DNA from: an uncultured delta proteobacterium
GTDB lineage: Bacteria; Desulfobacterota; Desulfomonilia; UBA1062
Length of the DNA stretch: 64,000 nucleotides
Assembly (NCBI GenBank): GCA_963798485.1
Contig: CAWCTR010000017.1
Span: 244,512 to 308,511 of the forward strand
Direction: 5' to 3'
Shown here: one piece after another, positions 8,373-17,638 of the stretch
Position numbering within the stretch: position 1 is the first letter of the stretch
Layout: every line of letters starts with the position of its first letter
Program-made: the position numbers and the translations under genes
The notes under the pieces: model-generated
What the model saw: only the letters and a program-made list of their open reading frames with translations
Databases searched by the model: none
What the model was told of the DNA's origin: nothing

Positions 8373-11162
8373 TTACTTGGCCTTTTCCTGGATGATCGTA
8401 TTGCCTTGGTCGATGATTTGTATGCTCCGCTTCTTGGGTAGCGCCTTAATGGTGATTTCCTGTGTCTGGCCGGGGCCGATTTCAAGACTGATAGAGTTTT
8501 TATCATAGCCGTAATACTTCGGAAGCGTGTCTGTGGCAACTTGCAGAGTCTTTCTGCCCGGCCTCACCTCATTAAACCGGAATCTCCCCTGGCTATCGGT
8601 GAGCACATGCATTGTTTCATCCGTAGTTGCAAGCACAACGAGCACATTTGCAAGGCCCGAAATCTCTTTGAGCTCAAGGGGTTGTCCTTTCGAAGAACCG
8701 ATCCCAGCAGCCTGGTCAACTTCATAGAGCGATGTGCTTTTATCATTGCCTATCCCATAGAGTACCACTCTGCCTGTGAGGACGGCCTTTTTCGTAACGC
8801 CGATCTCAATTACTTTCTCTTGGCCGCCTTCCAGCTTGATGGGCAATGGGTTCCGGCATGTAGGTATCCGGTCAATGCCAAGCCTTGATGCATCAATTCC
8901 CAGATAAGGGATACCGGGTTTGACAGAGGAGAATATGAACCTTCCGTCTTTTCCTGTTGCAGTGGTCATGTCATCGAGTCTTAACAGGACATTCGCCAGG
9001 GCCTCGCCGGTATTGGCATCTCGAATAACCCCGGAGACAGTGCTGCTACCCTTTTTCCTGCCCACAGGAAGATTGAATGGATATGAGTACTCCAGCTGGA
9101 TTGATGTCTCATCATTATTATTCTCATGATGGGCATAGAAGGTGTGGGCGGCCTGAAAAGAGACAGTGTCCTTGCTGAAAAATGTGTAGTTGAGAGAAGA
9201 GGTGAGCATATACTTATTCCCGATAGTGGAATCCGAGTAGGTATCCATCTGAGCGCTGCATTGGAATTGAGTGTTGTTTGCGATGATCAGTGAGCTGTTG
9301 ATGCCGGCTGTAAGGTTCCGGTCCTTTCCCACTTCTGCATTCTGGCCCTGGGCATAGCGGAGATAACCGCCATAGGTCTGCCCATTTGTCAGGTGGAGGT
9401 ACATGGATGATGACACCTGATAGATGAGCCCAGAGCTCGACGTCAGTTGATCATCTTTTTCGCCGGCTTCTCCAAAGAGGTTCAGCGACAGGTTTGAATA
9501 GTTCTGAAGTACCCCGACCCTGAGTGTGTTTGTCGAATAGTCAAATACAGGGACATCCATGCGGTCTTTTGTCGTACGATACTGCCAGGTGGCGGTATAG
9601 GTCGTGTCTCTCCCATACCGGTAATCCAGACCTGTCTGATAGAGGGTATCAAAGGCTGCGCTTCGTTTAAGCTCATCCATATCCAGATTATCTTTTTCCT
9701 GGTTAAAGACTGCATTCACATTAACAGAATCGGTCAAAGGGCTTGAGAGGTCCAGGGAGAACAACTCCTTGTCCTGGTAATATCCGGGAAAGTTCGGCGC
9801 TGCATAGAGATATTTGATTCGGGAGGCAATGGAGTTGCTGAGGTAGGAGAGCTTTACAAGGTATGCATTATCTTCTTCTTCAAGGTGTTTACCCATACCC
9901 CCTTCGAGTTGGATGTTTAAAAATTGAATGGGTCTCAGTTCCGCTGTTGTGGTCAAGAGCTTATCGCTGCCCTCAATATTCTCTTGGTCTTTGTTGAGGC
10001 AGTTCACGGCAAAGCGTGCACCCTCTGCCGGGGCGTACCCAAAGGTTGCTGCCGTTTCCGTAGTTTTGGGGGCGATCCATTGGGATTTTACATAATAGCT
10101 CCGCAGGTTCAGCCCTTTATATGCAATAAGCCCGTCTGCGCCTCGTGCGGTAAGATATTGCTCGGTGAGCTCTGATAGAGAGAACTGGCCATCCCCTGCA
10201 GTGAGATCATAGCCATTGCCCCATGTCCGGATAGTGTAATTGTCCCTGGTCCCGGACAATGATTTATCCAGGGTATCAGGCCCCCTGAAGAGAAATGAGA
10301 TATACTTGGTGCCTGCTTCATCAAGTGCGCCTTCACCTTGCATCTCAGCCTGGAATGGTGTGGTCGTCTTATCCTTTGTCTCAAAGTCCTGCCTGAGGCG
10401 TATCGTTGTCGGTACGGTGTTGTATATATCCTTCCGGCCTTGAAGCGGGATGATCTCTACAAAGGATTGGGTCTGGGCGTGAATCTCCTCTTTTCCGGTA
10501 ACTGTGGCTGTGCATTCTACCCTATGCGTCAATCCGGCATCAGTCATTTGATGGGTTTGAACGGTCACATGGACTGCTTGAGAACCCCCTGGACCAAGAG
10601 TGAATTCATGGGCATCCGTACTAAAGGGAAAATCATTACTGCTCGAGATAGAGAGCGTTATGTCCTGTTCTTGGTTGCTCTCGTTGGTGATAAGGAATGA
10701 AGCAACATACCCTTGACCTGATATCACTGACCGGGGTGAATCGATGAGGCGGACCTTCAACCCGGTGACCGACAGGACCTTTACAAGTATGGATTGATTT
10801 GTGCTTATGGAGGGGTCATGTGTAGATGCAAAGTAACACTCTATGTCATAAGCTTTGGCAAGGGCATCATCAGGGATATAAAAGCTCACCAGGATTACTG
10901 AAGTCTGGTTGCGCTCCAGCCAAAAGGAATTCAAAGAGGTGATAAGTTTCCAACCCGGAGGGAGCTTGATGTCAGACATGCATTCTATACGCTGATCTGT
11001 TGAATTGGTTATTTCAAAGGCTGCGGTAATTACGTTTTTCGGCTTGGACTCGAATAGCTGATTTCCTGTAGCCCTGCTTTCAAGGCCCCGTGCATGACCA
11101 GGAGGAGCCCCGAATAAAAACACTATGAGCATACAGATCAGATATGTCGGTACCTTTTTCAA
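8373..11162 (-). CDS. Large exported protein, putative divergent fimbrial usher / outer-membrane assembly platform
   Basis: Signal peptide, two N-terminal Ig-like (NEW3-like) repeats, long central amphipathic beta-strand region, two C-terminal carboxypeptidase-regulatory-like domains (T..DGRF.F..V.PG); coupled to the chaperone-like gene. Confidence 0.55.
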   Translation of the reverse strand: MKKVPTYLICMLIVFLFGAPPGHARGLESRATGNQLFESKPKNVITAAFEITNSTDQRIECMSDIKLPPGWKLITSLNSFWLERNQTSVILVSFYIPDDALAKAYDIECYFASTHDPSISTNQSILVKVLSVTGLKVRLIDSPRSVISGQGYVASFLITNESNQEQDITLSISSSNDFPFSTDAHEFTLGPGGSQAVHVTVQTHQMTDAGLTHRVECTATVTGKEEIHAQTQSFVEIIPLQGRKDIYNTVPTTIRLRQDFETKDKTTTPFQAEMQGEGALDEAGTKYISFLFRGPDTLDKSLSGTRDNYTIRTWGNGYDLTAGDGQFSLSELTEQYLTARGADGLIAYKGLNLRSYYVKSQWIAPKTTETAATFGYAPAEGARFAVNCLNKDQENIEGSDKLLTTTAELRPIQFLNIQLEGGMGKHLEEEDNAYLVKLSYLSNSIASRIKYLYAAPNFPGYYQDKELFSLDLSSPLTDSVNVNAVFNQEKDNLDMDELKRSAAFDTLYQTGLDYRYGRDTTYTATWQYRTTKDRMDVPVFDYSTNTLRVGVLQNYSNLSLNLFGEAGEKDDQLTSSSGLIYQVSSSMYLHLTNGQTYGGYLRYAQGQNAEVGKDRNLTAGINSSLIIANNTQFQCSAQMDTYSDSTIGNKYMLTSSLNYTFFSKDTVSFQAAHTFYAHHENNNDETSIQLEYSYPFNLPVGRKKGSSTVSGVIRDANTGEALANVLLRLDDMTTATGKDGRFIFSSVKPGIPYLGIDASRLGIDRIPTCRNPLPIKLEGGQEKVIEIGVTKKAVLTGRVVLYGIGNDKSTSLYEVDQAAGIGSSKGQPLELKEISGLANVLVVLATTDETMHVLTDSQGRFRFNEVRPGRKTLQVATDTLPKYYGYDKNSISLEIGPGQTQEITIKALPKKRSIQIIDQGNTIIQEKAK

Positions 11163-11980
11163 TTATCAAATTTCAGTGTATACTGGATCCCGATGAGGTC
11201 GTTCTCTCCGCAATCTGCAACCACAAGTGCCTTGTAGGTACCGGCAGGAACCTTTGAGATATCGATCCTGAACCGCTTGGATGTGTCCGGATAGACGCGG
11301 TATTGCTCGCCTTGAAACCGGCCCATGGAAGTTCCATCCTGGGCGTAGAGCTCTGTCCAGAGCTGAGGATGAAGGAGCCTTTCTCCATCATTTTCCACGT
11401 CAATCTGCAGGATCCTTGCATCCGTTTCTTTCAGGATTTTTGTCTGGAGGAACTTGATCTTTCTGGTCCCGGTATCGCCGATATGGGTCACAACCTGAAC
11501 GGCATAGCGCATGATCTGGGTGATGCCCAAAGAGAGCTTCTTCTCTTTTTGTGCGCCTGCAGATTCCGGGGAACCCGTAGGGAGGCCTTCAATCATGAGC
11601 ATGCTCCAGAAAGTGCCCACAAGGGCCCGATCGCCCGGAACTGTCACGGTGTAATTTATGGTCGCCTTTTCATTAGGCGGCACAGTGAGCCTGCTGGGGC
11701 TGAACGAGATCCAGCGGGCGTTCGACCGTGCATCTTTGCCCGGCTCCCCATAGGTAGTCTCCCCTTCATAGTTGAACCGGTAATCCGATTGATAAATTTT
11801 CAATTCCTGGGGCGTATCTTCCTGGTTTTTTATTACAATCTCACCCTGGTACGTTTCGCCTGCCTTGGAAACCTTCTCGTTGGTAAGCCCCCCTTCGATG
11901 GAGATCCCGGCTATCGCAACAGTGGGGATAACCATGATCGCACATGCGATCAAATAAATGAAAAAGAGTGATCTCCTCAT
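11159..11980 (-). CDS. Putative periplasmic pilus chaperone-like protein (two Ig domains)
   Basis: Signal peptide; RSNARWISFSPSRLTVPP, GTFWSMLMIE, DVENDG, RVYP, GTYKALVV resemble PapD/DUF916-type two-domain proteins. Confidence 0.6.
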   Translation of the reverse strand: MRRSLFFIYLIACAIMVIPTVAIAGISIEGGLTNEKVSKAGETYQGEIVIKNQEDTPQELKIYQSDYRFNYEGETTYGEPGKDARSNARWISFSPSRLTVPPNEKATINYTVTVPGDRALVGTFWSMLMIEGLPTGSPESAGAQKEKKLSLGITQIMRYAVQVVTHIGDTGTRKIKFLQTKILKETDARILQIDVENDGERLLHPQLWTELYAQDGTSMGRFQGEQYRVYPDTSKRFRIDISKVPAGTYKALVVADCGENDLIGIQYTLKFDN

Positions 11981-11993
11981 TGCACATACTCCT

Positions 11994-12506
11994 TTATGGC
12001 GTATCAATTATTGTATACTGAATCGTTGCAGAATATTGACTCGGAGCTATTTGCAGGGATGCGCCGGTAAGCTGAAATTGTATCTGTATGCCGTTTCGAT
12101 TGCCTGCACCGGTAAAGAAGATGGTATCATTAGTGGTTACCTGGATATATGCCTGCCCCCCTGATACGGAGCCTTTTCCTGTACCGCTCGATGTCCTTAT
12201 TGCAAAAATCTGCAGGGAGCCGTTCCAGGCGGTGTTTATACGCTTGATGTTTATCTGCCAGTTGTCGTTCTTGTTTTTTGCACCGGAAATGGTGATCAGG
12301 TTTGCATTCTGTGCGCTTGTAAAGGTGCCGGTTATATCCGTTCCCGGGCCCCCGGTTAGGTTATTCTTGTCAACGCTCTGGGTCCAGCTTCCGGTGACAG
12401 TGATGTTGATGACAGCAGCGGCCGGACCAGCTTCAAGAAGGACCATGAAGAGCCCCATGGTAAATATCACGATCCCTTTCGCAATGCCATGGCCTAGGCT
12501 CTTCAT
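11994..12506 (-). CDS. Putative pilus subunit (minor/adaptor), secreted beta-rich protein
   Basis: Signal peptide ending AAA, Thr/Gly/Asn-rich, C-terminal PSQYSATIQYTI strand. Confidence 0.55.
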   Translation of the reverse strand: MKSLGHGIAKGIVIFTMGLFMVLLEAGPAAAVINITVTGSWTQSVDKNNLTGGPGTDITGTFTSAQNANLITISGAKNKNDNWQINIKRINTAWNGSLQIFAIRTSSGTGKGSVSGGQAYIQVTTNDTIFFTGAGNRNGIQIQFQLTGASLQIAPSQYSATIQYTIIDTP

Positions 12507-12514
12507 GCGCCCCT

Positions 12515-13030
12515 TCAATCGGTCAGGGTCAGCGTTACCGTGCACGATTTAGTGAGCACGCCTGCGGCAGTGGTTGCACTGAACCGGTAGGTTATGGTCT
12601 TACTGGCGGCCGCCACATAGCTGATGCCCGTCACCACATCCGCGGCAACGGTTGATAATGTCTTGTAACCCATGCTTGTGCCCGAACCAGGGGCTGTCAG
12701 CTGAATTTCAAGGGTGGTGTTCGCCGGCATCTGCGTATTGATGCTCGCCGTGATCCTTTTATTGGTGCCGTTTGTGGAGATAGAGTATGTCGATGATGCG
12801 TCTATTGCCGGTTTGGGTTGCTGTCCGGCGATTGCAGAGTTGATGGTAAGGGTGGGGGAGCCTGTTACGGCAATCTCATTGATTGCCTGAAAGGTAAACG
12901 TAACCGCAGTGGTGCCGGTCTGTGCCCCGTGAGCCGTACCCTGAAGAAGGGCAACAACAACGCATATGAAAGAGAGTGCACGAAAGTCCTTTTCCCTAAG
13001 CGCACCTGGAGATATACACTTCCATTTCAC
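12515..13030 (-). CDS. Putative pilus subunit
   Basis: Signal peptide (AHG), N-terminal alternating VTFTFQAI strand, KRITA motif shared with the 14885 and 15512 proteins, C-terminal TVTLTLTD. Confidence 0.6.
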   Translation of the reverse strand: MKWKCISPGALREKDFRALSFICVVVALLQGTAHGAQTGTTAVTFTFQAINEIAVTGSPTLTINSAIAGQQPKPAIDASSTYSISTNGTNKRITASINTQMPANTTLEIQLTAPGSGTSMGYKTLSTVAADVVTGISYVAAASKTITYRFSATTAAGVLTKSCTVTLTLTD

Positions 13031-13256
13031 CGGAGATTAGCCCCCCTCATAATTATATTCCCCATGCAGGGCCCAATGAGAAAGGTCATGGATGGTCATA
13101 ATAACAATTCAAAAATAAGTTACATTCACGTACGCACGTACGATTTGTTATGGTATGATATACAATATTTTGAGATAGTCAATTCTGAATTAATATGAGG
13201 ATGGTTTTATGATTCTGTTGAGAATCATGACAAGATTATTTGAGTATTGAATAAGG

Positions 13257-13273
13257 ACTATCATTTTGATAGT
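13257..13273. promoter_or_regulatory. Palindromic operator ACTATCA-TTT-TGATAGT upstream of the sigma54 activator gene
   Basis: Perfect 7-bp arms; a near-identical copy occurs at 14777-14791. Confidence 0.6.
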
Positions 13274-13309
13274 GTATTCTCATCGAGGTGAAGGCCTGGA
13301 GGCGGATAC

Positions 13310-14707
13310 ATGGATGAGACGACAACGACTCAAGGACAGTTCCACCTTTTATGTGTTGATGATGACCCTGCCATTCTCAGATTGCTCAAGAATATATTCC
13401 GGCAGGAGAACTATGGCATTTTTACTGCCAAGGATGCTGCAGAGGCCCTGCGGTTAATAAGAGAGACAAGAATCGATGCCGCGCTTGTCGATTACATGAT
13501 GCCCGATACTGACGGACTGAGTCTGTTAAAGATGATTCATGAAGTATATCCATCCACCATGGTGATTATTATAACAGGCCATGGGGGGATAGATGAGGCG
13601 ATCCAAGCCATTAAGCTTGGTGCGGTTGACTTTCTGGAAAAGCCCTTTTCTGTGGAAGTTATCAGGACACGTGTAGCCCATCTCTATCAGATCTGGAAAC
13701 TGCATGACGAAAACTTCAAGCGTAAAGAGAATGTAACCCATAAGTTCGGTTTTGATCAACTCATAGGTAATTCACCTAAAATGCTCAAACTGAAAGAGAA
13801 GATCGCTGTCGTGGGTCCGACCGATGCCTCTGTCCTTATTGAGGGAGAAACCGGAACAGGCAAAGAACTTGTGGCCCGGGCCATTCACCATCACAGCCAG
13901 CGCGCACTGAACATCTTTATGCCCGTAGATTGCGGGGCCATAGCGGAATCGGTTATTGAGAACGAGCTGTTCGGACATGCAAAAGGCGCCTTTACCGGCG
14001 CCCATATCTCTACTTTGGGGCTCATCCGTTCGGCCGATAACGGGACCCTCTTCCTTGATGAAATAGGTGAGCTCTCTAATGCCATGCAGGTGAAATTATT
14101 AAGGACAATCCAGGAACGTGAGGTAAGACCAGTCGGCAGCAATAAGAGTTTCCCGCTCGATGTAAGGATCATAGCAGCTACAAACAAGAATCTTCTCGAG
14201 GAGGTCGCAAAGGGTAATTTCCGGGAAGATCTTTTCTACAGGCTTAATGTCGTGCGCCTCCTTGTGCCTCCCTTGAAAGAGCGCAAGGAGGATATCGCCC
14301 TGCTGGTGAGATACTTTGTTAAAAATTTCAGCACTGATTTTTCAACCGTAAAGGATATCACCAGAGAAGCTATTGCCTGTCTCGAAAATTATAACTGGCC
14401 GGGTAATGTCCGGGAACTGGCAAATGCAATCCGGCTGGCAACGGCGCTGGGTACACAAGAGCGCATACTCCCAAGTGATCTTCCCCCTCATATCGGTTCT
14501 GCGCAGGAACCAGCGCAAAGGTTTCTCCCGCAATCAGATGGTACCCTGGCTTCGTATGAAAAGGCAGCCATTCTCAATGCCCTTGAACTCAGTGGCGGAA
14601 ATCGGAAAAAGGCATCCAAGATCCTCAAGATCGGAGAAGCGACCCTGTACCGCAAGATTGCCGGATATCATATTAAATACGAGGCCCCTGGTAAACCAGA
14701 ACAATAG
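13310..14707 (+). CDS. Sigma54-dependent response regulator (NtrC/AtoC family)
   Basis: REC domain, GETGTGKE, ELFGHAKGAFTGA, FLDEIGE, WPGNVREL, Fis-type HTH. Confidence 0.95.
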   Translation: MDETTTTQGQFHLLCVDDDPAILRLLKNIFRQENYGIFTAKDAAEALRLIRETRIDAALVDYMMPDTDGLSLLKMIHEVYPSTMVIIITGHGGIDEAIQAIKLGAVDFLEKPFSVEVIRTRVAHLYQIWKLHDENFKRKENVTHKFGFDQLIGNSPKMLKLKEKIAVVGPTDASVLIEGETGTGKELVARAIHHHSQRALNIFMPVDCGAIAESVIENELFGHAKGAFTGAHISTLGLIRSADNGTLFLDEIGELSNAMQVKLLRTIQEREVRPVGSNKSFPLDVRIIAATNKNLLEEVAKGNFREDLFYRLNVVRLLVPPLKERKEDIALLVRYFVKNFSTDFSTVKDITREAIACLENYNWPGNVRELANAIRLATALGTQERILPSDLPPHIGSAQEPAQRFLPQSDGTLASYEKAAILNALELSGGNRKKASKILKIGEATLYRKIAGYHIKYEAPGKPEQ

Positions 14708-14747
14708 AGGGCATATATTGGGACCGGGTGTAATAGTAATGAGAATC

Positions 14748-14791
14748 GATCAAAATGAGAAAACCGGAGGTTGGCACTATCATTATGATAG
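14748..14791. promoter_or_regulatory. Paired enhancer (UAS) sites
   Basis: GATCA-AAA-TGAGA (14748-14760) and CTATCA-TTA-TGATAG (14777-14791); centres 30 bp apart, about 100-130 bp upstream of a sigma54 start. Confidence 0.55.
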
Positions 14792-14855
14792 AATGAAATT
14801 AGAAAATTCTTTCCACAATAAATTAATAATTAAGTAAAAACAGTTGGTTATTCTT

Positions 14856-14872
14856 TTGGCATGGAAGCTGCT
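14856..14872 (+). promoter_or_regulatory. Sigma54 (-24/-12) promoter
   Basis: TTGGCATGGAAGCTGCT: GG-N10-GC spacing is exact. Confidence 0.7.
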
Positions 14873-14884
14873 GTGAAACAACAT

Positions 14885-15409
14885 ATGGGTCAACTCCGAA
14901 ACAAGATCCTGGCTGTTAACTTGATATGCCTTTTGGCATTCCTGACTCTATACCCTTCTTTCCTTATAGCAGCACAATCTGTGTCCCGAGTGAAAGTAAC
15001 CGTTGCTCCAATCGATAATCTACAAGTAAGTGATGCAACACGTGGGATTCTGCTCCGCGCCGACAGCACACCCGGTTCCAATGCGCTCATAGGGGATCCT
15101 GATCCGACAGCCCGCTTAAGCTATTCTCACAATTCGGCTGCCAACAAGAAGATAACAGCGCAGGTAAGCCCGGCAGGCATCCCTGCAGGGCTTCAAGACA
15201 TTACCCTTACGGTGGTGGTCATGGGGGGTGCGGAGCAGAGTATTGTACAAGGCGGGGTGACCCAGGGCGCAAAGAATGTGCTGACTGGTATCACCTCAGG
15301 TTATAGGGAAAATGTGCCGGTAACATACAGCGCAGCGGCTACCATCTCGGGCTCGCGCCCGGGCGATTATGCGTTTAGGGTTACGTTCACCAGTCTTGAC
15401 GATGATTAA
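14885..15409 (+). CDS. Putative pilus subunit (paralog of 15512..16012)
   Basis: Signal peptide; TARLSYSHNS..KKITA; C-terminal PGDYAFRVTFTS; ATG 14861 lies inside the promoter so 14885 is preferred. Confidence 0.6.
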   Translation: MGQLRNKILAVNLICLLAFLTLYPSFLIAAQSVSRVKVTVAPIDNLQVSDATRGILLRADSTPGSNALIGDPDPTARLSYSHNSAANKKITAQVSPAGIPAGLQDITLTVVVMGGAEQSIVQGGVTQGAKNVLTGITSGYRENVPVTYSAAATISGSRPGDYAFRVTFTSLDDD

Positions 15410-15421
15410 CGGAGAAAGAAT

Positions 15422-15449
15422 AGAGAAAGCCCCCGGCAATGCCGGGGGC
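15422..15449 (-). terminator. Intrinsic terminator between convergent subunit genes
   Basis: GCCCCCGGCA-A-TGCCGGGGGC inverted repeat followed on the minus strand by TTTCTCT. Confidence 0.7.
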
Positions 15450-15511
15450 CTGTATGCAGCAATAGGGAATGTGCTTTGTCCCGAACCGCAATCGGGACGG
15501 GCCTCTTGTTG

Positions 15512-16012
15512 TTATCCTGCTGTACTGGTGAACGTAACCGTGAATGTGTAGGTATTCGCAACAGTAGCTGTAGTACAGGATGCTCCGTAGGTTACCACTG
15601 CATTGGTTATGGCCCCTGCAGCAATACCGGTTCTTACATCCTTGGATCCTTGTGTTATTCCTCCGGCGACAAGTGTAACTGGTCCGGGACCGCCTGCAAC
15701 TGTTGTAGTCAGGGTAATATTCTGCGTACCAACAGGCATACCCCCTGTTAAGACCTCAGCTGTGATCTTTCTTGTGGAGGCCGAGTTATGTGTGTAATTT
15801 AAACGAGCAGTGGTACTATCAGTCCCTGTTATTGTGTTGCTACCTAGGGTTGCCGTATCCAGCGTGATAGTTCCACCATCGGTAACATCAAGTGCATCAA
15901 CGGAAGCAACTGTTACCTGAATCTGCGATGTGTCTGATGAGGCAGCCATGACAACACTTCCAACACCCAAAACAATGACCCCGGCCAACAATACTGCTAA
16001 AAATTTTTTCAT
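15512..16012 (-). CDS. Putative major pilus subunit
   Basis: AGGAGG RBS, classic MKKFLAVLLA signal peptide, QIQVTVASVDAL N-terminal strand, Thr/Gly/Ala-rich, C-terminal NTYTFTVTFTS. Confidence 0.65.
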   Translation of the reverse strand: MKKFLAVLLAGVIVLGVGSVVMAASSDTSQIQVTVASVDALDVTDGGTITLDTATLGSNTITGTDSTTARLNYTHNSASTRKITAEVLTGGMPVGTQNITLTTTVAGGPGPVTLVAGGITQGSKDVRTGIAAGAITNAVVTYGASCTTATVANTYTFTVTFTSTAG

Positions 16013-16346
16013 TCTCATTCCTCCTTGAATTGTATTGCACAAATCCCTTATGCTGATTTTCAATGATCGGTTAACAGAAAATAAAACTTTAATACATCCA
16101 TATTTTTTAAAAAGACATAAGACTTATGGATTATAGACAATAAATGAACAGTAGGCAGGGTTTCTTATAGCCGTCGGGTAGTTGATAACGAAAGGCGCTG
16201 GAACAGGCCAAATCAACAGAATCACGACTTGGAAAGGGGCGGGGGCAGCAACAGTGGCAGGAATGCAGGCTACCGGGAACATAGGATTGAACGGCCATAA
16301 GACGGTAGTTCTGCTTTTTGCCTTTACAATGGAGGAGGTGCAATTC

Positions 16347-16928
16347 ATGTCAAAGGATATCCCGGGTGAGGGAAATACGATTTCCTCCTCTGGCCGCATG
16401 GTCAATCCGGACTTGAGCCCACAAGAGATGGTAGTGATTGTCGATGAACATAACGTCATCATCAGCAGCGCACCGAGGGCGGTTATGCGCAAGGAGGGTC
16501 TTATTCACCGCGCCACATACATCCTGGTGTTTAGCTCGGATGGTAGGTTCTTTGTCCAGGACCGCACCATGACCAAGGACATTTTCCCAGGCTATCACGA
16601 TCTGGCCGCCGGCGGGGTGGTGCTTGCCGGCGAGGAATATGAGGAATCGGCAAGGCGCGAGCTCGAAGAGGAGCTTGGCATCACAGGTGTGCCGCTTGCC
16701 TTTCTCTTTGATTTCTATGGGGAGTATGCCGGGCAGAAGGTCTGGGGCAGGGCATTTTCCTGTATTACCGACGGTCCGTTCGTTCTTCAAAAAGAGGAGC
16801 TGACCGGCGGGGCATTCCATGAAATCGACAAGGTAAAAGAATTGATAAGCAAGGAGCCGTGCACCCCTGACAGTGTATATGTGCTTGAACGCTATCTCAA
16901 TATGCCCGGATCTTTTCCTGGGGCATGA
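16347..16928 (+). CDS. NUDIX hydrolase (YfcD/IDI-like)
   Basis: GLIHRAT, QDRTMTKD.FPGY.D, GGVVLAGE.YEESARRELEEELG Nudix box; GGAGG RBS. Confidence 0.88.
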   Translation: MSKDIPGEGNTISSSGRMVNPDLSPQEMVVIVDEHNVIISSAPRAVMRKEGLIHRATYILVFSSDGRFFVQDRTMTKDIFPGYHDLAAGGVVLAGEEYEESARRELEEELGITGVPLAFLFDFYGEYAGQKVWGRAFSCITDGPFVLQKEELTGGAFHEIDKVKELISKEPCTPDSVYVLERYLNMPGSFPGA

Positions 16929-17138
16929 CAATATTTCTATTCCGGGTATATACTGAGAAGAGCGCATGAATCTGACAGCCGCAGCAGTATTATCTCTCTG
17001 ACGGAAAAGGGAAGGGCCATGCAGAAGAATTTCTGGGATGTATCCGAGGCCCTGCGGAAGAAGGCATACCGGGGACTGACGGATGAGGAGATGGAGACGC
17101 TCATGCGCTTGCTTACCAAGATCCATGATAACTTCTAG
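16929..17138 (+). pseudogene. 5'-truncated MarR-family regulator remnant
   Basis: Translates as ...GYILRRAHESDSRSSIISLTEKGRAM...YRGLTDEEMETLMRLLTKIHDNF*, the MarR wing and C-terminal helices, with no N-terminal half. Confidence 0.7.
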
Positions 17139-17141
17139 AAA

Positions 17142-17549
17142 ATGATGATGACAAAAGAACAGGCCAGGGAATTTGCTTCACGGTGGCTGCCTGCCTGGAC
17201 CGGCAACAATCCGGAAAGACTTGCGGCCTTTTATTCCCATGATGTGGTGTACCTCGACCCGACTGTCCCCCAGGGTCTGAAGGGCAACGATGCATTGCTG
17301 AAGTACTTCCGCAAGTTACTTGCCTTCAACCCGGACTGGGTTTGGACACAGATCGAACCCATTCCCATGGAAGATGGCTTTTTGAATAAGTGGCATGCAA
17401 AAATCCCTGTCGGCCCAAAGACAATAGAATGCATCGGCGTGTGTTTCGTGCAGTTCGACGATAAGGGACTGATCCGGCGCAACGAGGTTTATTTTGATTG
17501 TACTGAATTAAATAATGAAATAAAAAGATTAAAGCAATCAATAGAGTGA
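17142..17549 (+). CDS. SnoaL/NTF2-like protein
   Basis: WLPAW....ERLAAFYS.DVVYLDP, GLIRRNEVYFD. Confidence 0.82.
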   Translation: MMMTKEQAREFASRWLPAWTGNNPERLAAFYSHDVVYLDPTVPQGLKGNDALLKYFRKLLAFNPDWVWTQIEPIPMEDGFLNKWHAKIPVGPKTIECIGVCFVQFDDKGLIRRNEVYFDCTELNNEIKRLKQSIE

Positions 17550-17638
17550 ATGACTAAGGTGGAAAAGGGCATGGTTCTCTCTTCATTTCCATCCGTTTAA
17601 GGTCAGGTTGTTTGATTTTGATGCAAGAGGTGCTGTTT

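Noticed and set aside
14771-14787. TTGGCAC as a second sigma54 -24 box
   Set aside because: No GC at the -12 position; the sequence is better explained as the flank of the enhancer palindrome
16124-16346. Short ORFs and the N-terminal extension of the NUDIX ORF
   Set aside because: No RBS or motif support; a strong GGAGG precedes ATG 16347
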